Below, one piece after another: positions 61,301 through 64,000 of a stretch of 64,000 nt of DNA. The translations under genes and the position numbers were made by a program. The notes below the pieces were generated by a model. That model saw nothing but the letters and a program-made list of their open reading frames with translations, did not search any database and was not told the DNA's origin. The first letter of the stretch is position 1; every line of letters begins with the position of its first letter. Origin of the DNA: Flavobacterium sp. (GTDB lineage: Bacteria; Bacteroidota; Bacteroidia; Flavobacteriales; Flavobacteriaceae); NCBI GenBank assembly GCA_044378345.1, contig JBILXS010000010.1:29670-93669 (forward strand), read 5' to 3'.

Positions 61301-63907
61301 CTACTTTTTGACTAACATTCTTTTTATCTCATTAAGTTTCATCATTGCTTCGATAGGGGTTAACGTATTGATATCTAGATTTAATATCTCCTCTTTTATT
61401 TCTTCGAGCAACGGGTCATCTAAATTGAAAAAACTCATTTGCATCTCAGCATTTTCATTTTTCATACCTGTAAAGGTTTCACTAGTATGATTTTTTTCAA
61501 GCTTCTTTAGTATCTTTTGCGCTTTTGCAATTACGATTTGTGGAATTCCCGCCATTTTTGCAACATGTATTCCGAAACTATGTGCACTACCGCCTTTAAC
61601 TAATTTTCGGATGAACAATACTGTATCTTTAAGTTCTTTGATAGATACGTTGTAATTCTGAATCCGAGGCAACACCTCACTCATTTCATTGAGTTCATGA
61701 TAATGTGTCGCAAATAATGTTTTTGGTCTAGTGGGATGCTCATGAAGAAATTCGGCAATTGACCATGCGATTGAAATACCATCATATGTGCTGGTTCCAC
61801 GTCCGATTTCATCCAGTAAAATCAAACTTCGTTCTGAAAGATTGTTCAGAATCGATGCGGTCTCGTTCATTTCTACCATAAATGTTGATTCTCCCATCGA
61901 AATATTATCGCTTGCGCCAACTCTCGTAAATATTTTGTCAACAATACCAACATTTGCTGCTTCTGCTGGAACAAAACTTCCTATTTGAGCCATCAAAACG
62001 ATTAAAGCAGTTTGTCTTAAAATTGCTGATTTCCCAGACATATTCGGACCAGTAATCATCATTAATTGCTGGGAATCACGATCTAAAAAAACATCGTTAG
62101 CAACATAAGGAACTCCTATTGGCAACTGTTTTTCAATTACTGGATGCCGTCCATTTTTGATATCTAAAACAAAACTTCCATCCATAGCGGGACAGACATA
62201 ATTATTTTGATTCGCTAACTGCGCAAAAGAAGTCAAACAATCCAGTTGGGCTATTAAGTTTGCATTCAATTGCACTGGTTGTATATAAGTGGCAATCCAA
62301 ACTATTAACTGCTCGAACAACTCTGCTTCTAGTTTGTTTATTTTTTCTTCTGCACCTAAGATTTTCGTCTCGTACTCCTTTAGTTCCTCTGTAATATATC
62401 GCTCTGCATTTACGAGTGTCTGTTTTCTAATCCATTCTTGCGGAACTTTATCTTTGTGCGCATTGCGAACCTCAATGTAATAACCAAAAACATTATTGAA
62501 CGAAATCTTGAGTGAGGCAATTCCGGTTTTTGCCGATTCTCTTGATTCAATTCCTTCTAAAAACTCTTTTCCTGAAGTAGAAATAGCGCGCAATTCATCG
62601 AGTTCGGCACTTACACCTGCTGATATAGCACCGCCTTTAGAGATTGCAACTGGCGCATCTTGATTTAAAGTCGATTTGATTTTTTCTCTCAAAAGATCAC
62701 AACTATGCAGATTGTCTCCAATAATTTTTAAAGCTTCTTGTTTGCTTTGCGCAGCAATTTCTTTAATTGGTATAATGGCATCTAAAGAATCTTTTAAATA
62801 TATAACTTCTCTTGGCGAAACTTTACCTGCAGCAATTTTTGAGATTAAACGTTCAAGGTCGGAAATCAACTTAATTTGAGATTGTATGTCCGCACATACT
62901 TCCTGGTTGTCCTTCAAAAAAGAAACAACTTCATGCCGATTTTGAATCTTGTGTATGTCCTTTAATGGCAGTGCCAGCCAACGTTTTAGTAAACGACCGC
63001 CCATGGGTGACACAGTTTTATCAATAACATCGAGCAAGGTAACTGCATTCGGATTGTAACTATGATACAATTCAAGATTACGAATTGTAAACCGATCCAT
63101 CCATACGTATGCGTCTTCCGCAATTCTTTGTATGGATGTGATGTGTTGTCTTTTGTTGTGTTGCGTCTCAGACAAATAATATAAAATAGCACCAGAAGAA
63201 ATGATTCCTTCTTGTAATTCTTCTATACCAAATCCTTTCAAGGTATTCGTTTGAAAATGATTAGTCAAAGTCTCAAATGCGTAATCTTCTGCGTAAATCC
63301 AATCTTCTAAGTAAAAATGGTGATAATCTTCCCCGAAGGTCTCTCTAAATTTACTTTTGTGAATTTTAGGGATTAAAATCTCGCTTGGACTAAAATTTTG
63401 CAGTAACTTGTCTATGTATTCCTCATTCCCTTGAGATGTTAGAAATTCTCCGGTTGAGATGTCTAGAAAAGAAACTCCAATTGCTTTTTTTCCAAAAAAC
63501 ACAGAAGCCAAAAAATTATTTGATTTAGCTAGTAAAACCTCATCATTCATAGAAACGCCAGGAGTAACTAACTCTGTCACACCGCGCTTGACAATGGTTT
63601 TAGTCATTTTAGGGTCTTCTAACTGATCACAAATTGCAACTCGAAGTCCCGCCTTAACTAACTTAGGCAGATAGGTATTCAATGAATGATGAGGAAATCC
63701 CGCTAAAGCTGTCTCCGTTTCCGACCCAGCTCCTCTCTTTGTGAGAACAATCCCTAATATTTTGGAAGCTCTTACAGCATCTTCTCCAAAAGTTTCGTAG
63801 AAATCTCCCACCCGAAACAACAAGCATGCATCAGGATATTTCCTTTTTATCTCATTGTACTGCTTCATCAATGGAGTTTCCTTCACTTCTTTTTCTGACG
63901 GTTTCAA
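61301..63907 (-). CDS. mutS: DNA mismatch repair protein MutS
   Basis: FRVGDFYE, GPNMSGKS, STFMVEM, DEIGRGT, ATHYHEL. Confidence 0.98.
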   Translation of the reverse strand: MKPSEKEVKETPLMKQYNEIKRKYPDACLLFRVGDFYETFGEDAVRASKILGIVLTKRGAGSETETALAGFPHHSLNTYLPKLVKAGLRVAICDQLEDPKMTKTIVKRGVTELVTPGVSMNDEVLLAKSNNFLASVFFGKKAIGVSFLDISTGEFLTSQGNEEYIDKLLQNFSPSEILIPKIHKSKFRETFGEDYHHFYLEDWIYAEDYAFETLTNHFQTNTLKGFGIEELQEGIISSGAILYYLSETQHNKRQHITSIQRIAEDAYVWMDRFTIRNLELYHSYNPNAVTLLDVIDKTVSPMGGRLLKRWLALPLKDIHKIQNRHEVVSFLKDNQEVCADIQSQIKLISDLERLISKIAAGKVSPREVIYLKDSLDAIIPIKEIAAQSKQEALKIIGDNLHSCDLLREKIKSTLNQDAPVAISKGGAISAGVSAELDELRAISTSGKEFLEGIESRESAKTGIASLKISFNNVFGYYIEVRNAHKDKVPQEWIRKQTLVNAERYITEELKEYETKILGAEEKINKLEAELFEQLIVWIATYIQPVQLNANLIAQLDCLTSFAQLANQNNYVCPAMDGSFVLDIKNGRHPVIEKQLPIGVPYVANDVFLDRDSQQLMMITGPNMSGKSAILRQTALIVLMAQIGSFVPAEAANVGIVDKIFTRVGASDNISMGESTFMVEMNETASILNNLSERSLILLDEIGRGTSTYDGISIAWSIAEFLHEHPTRPKTLFATHYHELNEMSEVLPRIQNYNVSIKELKDTVLFIRKLVKGGSAHSFGIHVAKMAGIPQIVIAKAQKILKKLEKNHTSETFTGMKNENAEMQMSFFNLDDPLLEEIKEEILNLDINTLTPIEAMMKLNEIKRMLVKK

Positions 63908-64000
63908 TGGCTTACAAAATATTAAAGGGTTGAAAATAGAAGAGCGAATTTAAAAATTTTAAAACGAAAATATTGCCTATTTAAAAATTAATTAATTTTA

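Overview
AT-rich chromosomal window from a Flavobacteriaceae bacterium, most likely Flavobacterium. This rests on TAnnTTTG -7 promoter boxes, T9SS cargo genes, split metH, and DUF5686/DUF5916/DUF5103 genes. Content is mostly core metabolism: a SAM-riboswitch-led metH'-metH-metF operon, metK, membrane pyrophosphatase, pdhB, etfBA, thyA, gpmI, a TerC/TetR/ABC/HlyD/TolC cluster, map, apaG, pruA, rsmG, desaturase, aspC-like aminotransferase, purT, fabD, galE, DegT aminotransferase, waaA, S46 peptidase, three tRNAs and mutS. I saw no transposase, integrase, phage gene, CRISPR array or reverse transcriptase. The most striking unexplained structure is a family of inverted short-tandem-repeat cassettes at operon junctions. 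One intact four-helix-bundle (TIGR02436/IVS-type) gene and one decayed copy are each bracketed by inverted 7-mer arrays. Empty cassettes and solo arms (7-mer and 8-mer units) lie elsewhere, and some GACAACC arrays are translated in frame inside MetH. In the paired cassettes the arms show a consistent polarity relative to transcription. Other highlights: an A12 tract that uncouples a YCF48-like beta-propeller from its T9SS signal, eight modular REP/Flavo-1-like palindromic elements, an ABC exporter with a degenerate ATPase site, a perfect TetR operator palindrome, and a Cys-rich tail on the pyrophosphatase. All calls come from reading the sequence and recalled family motifs; no searches were run.
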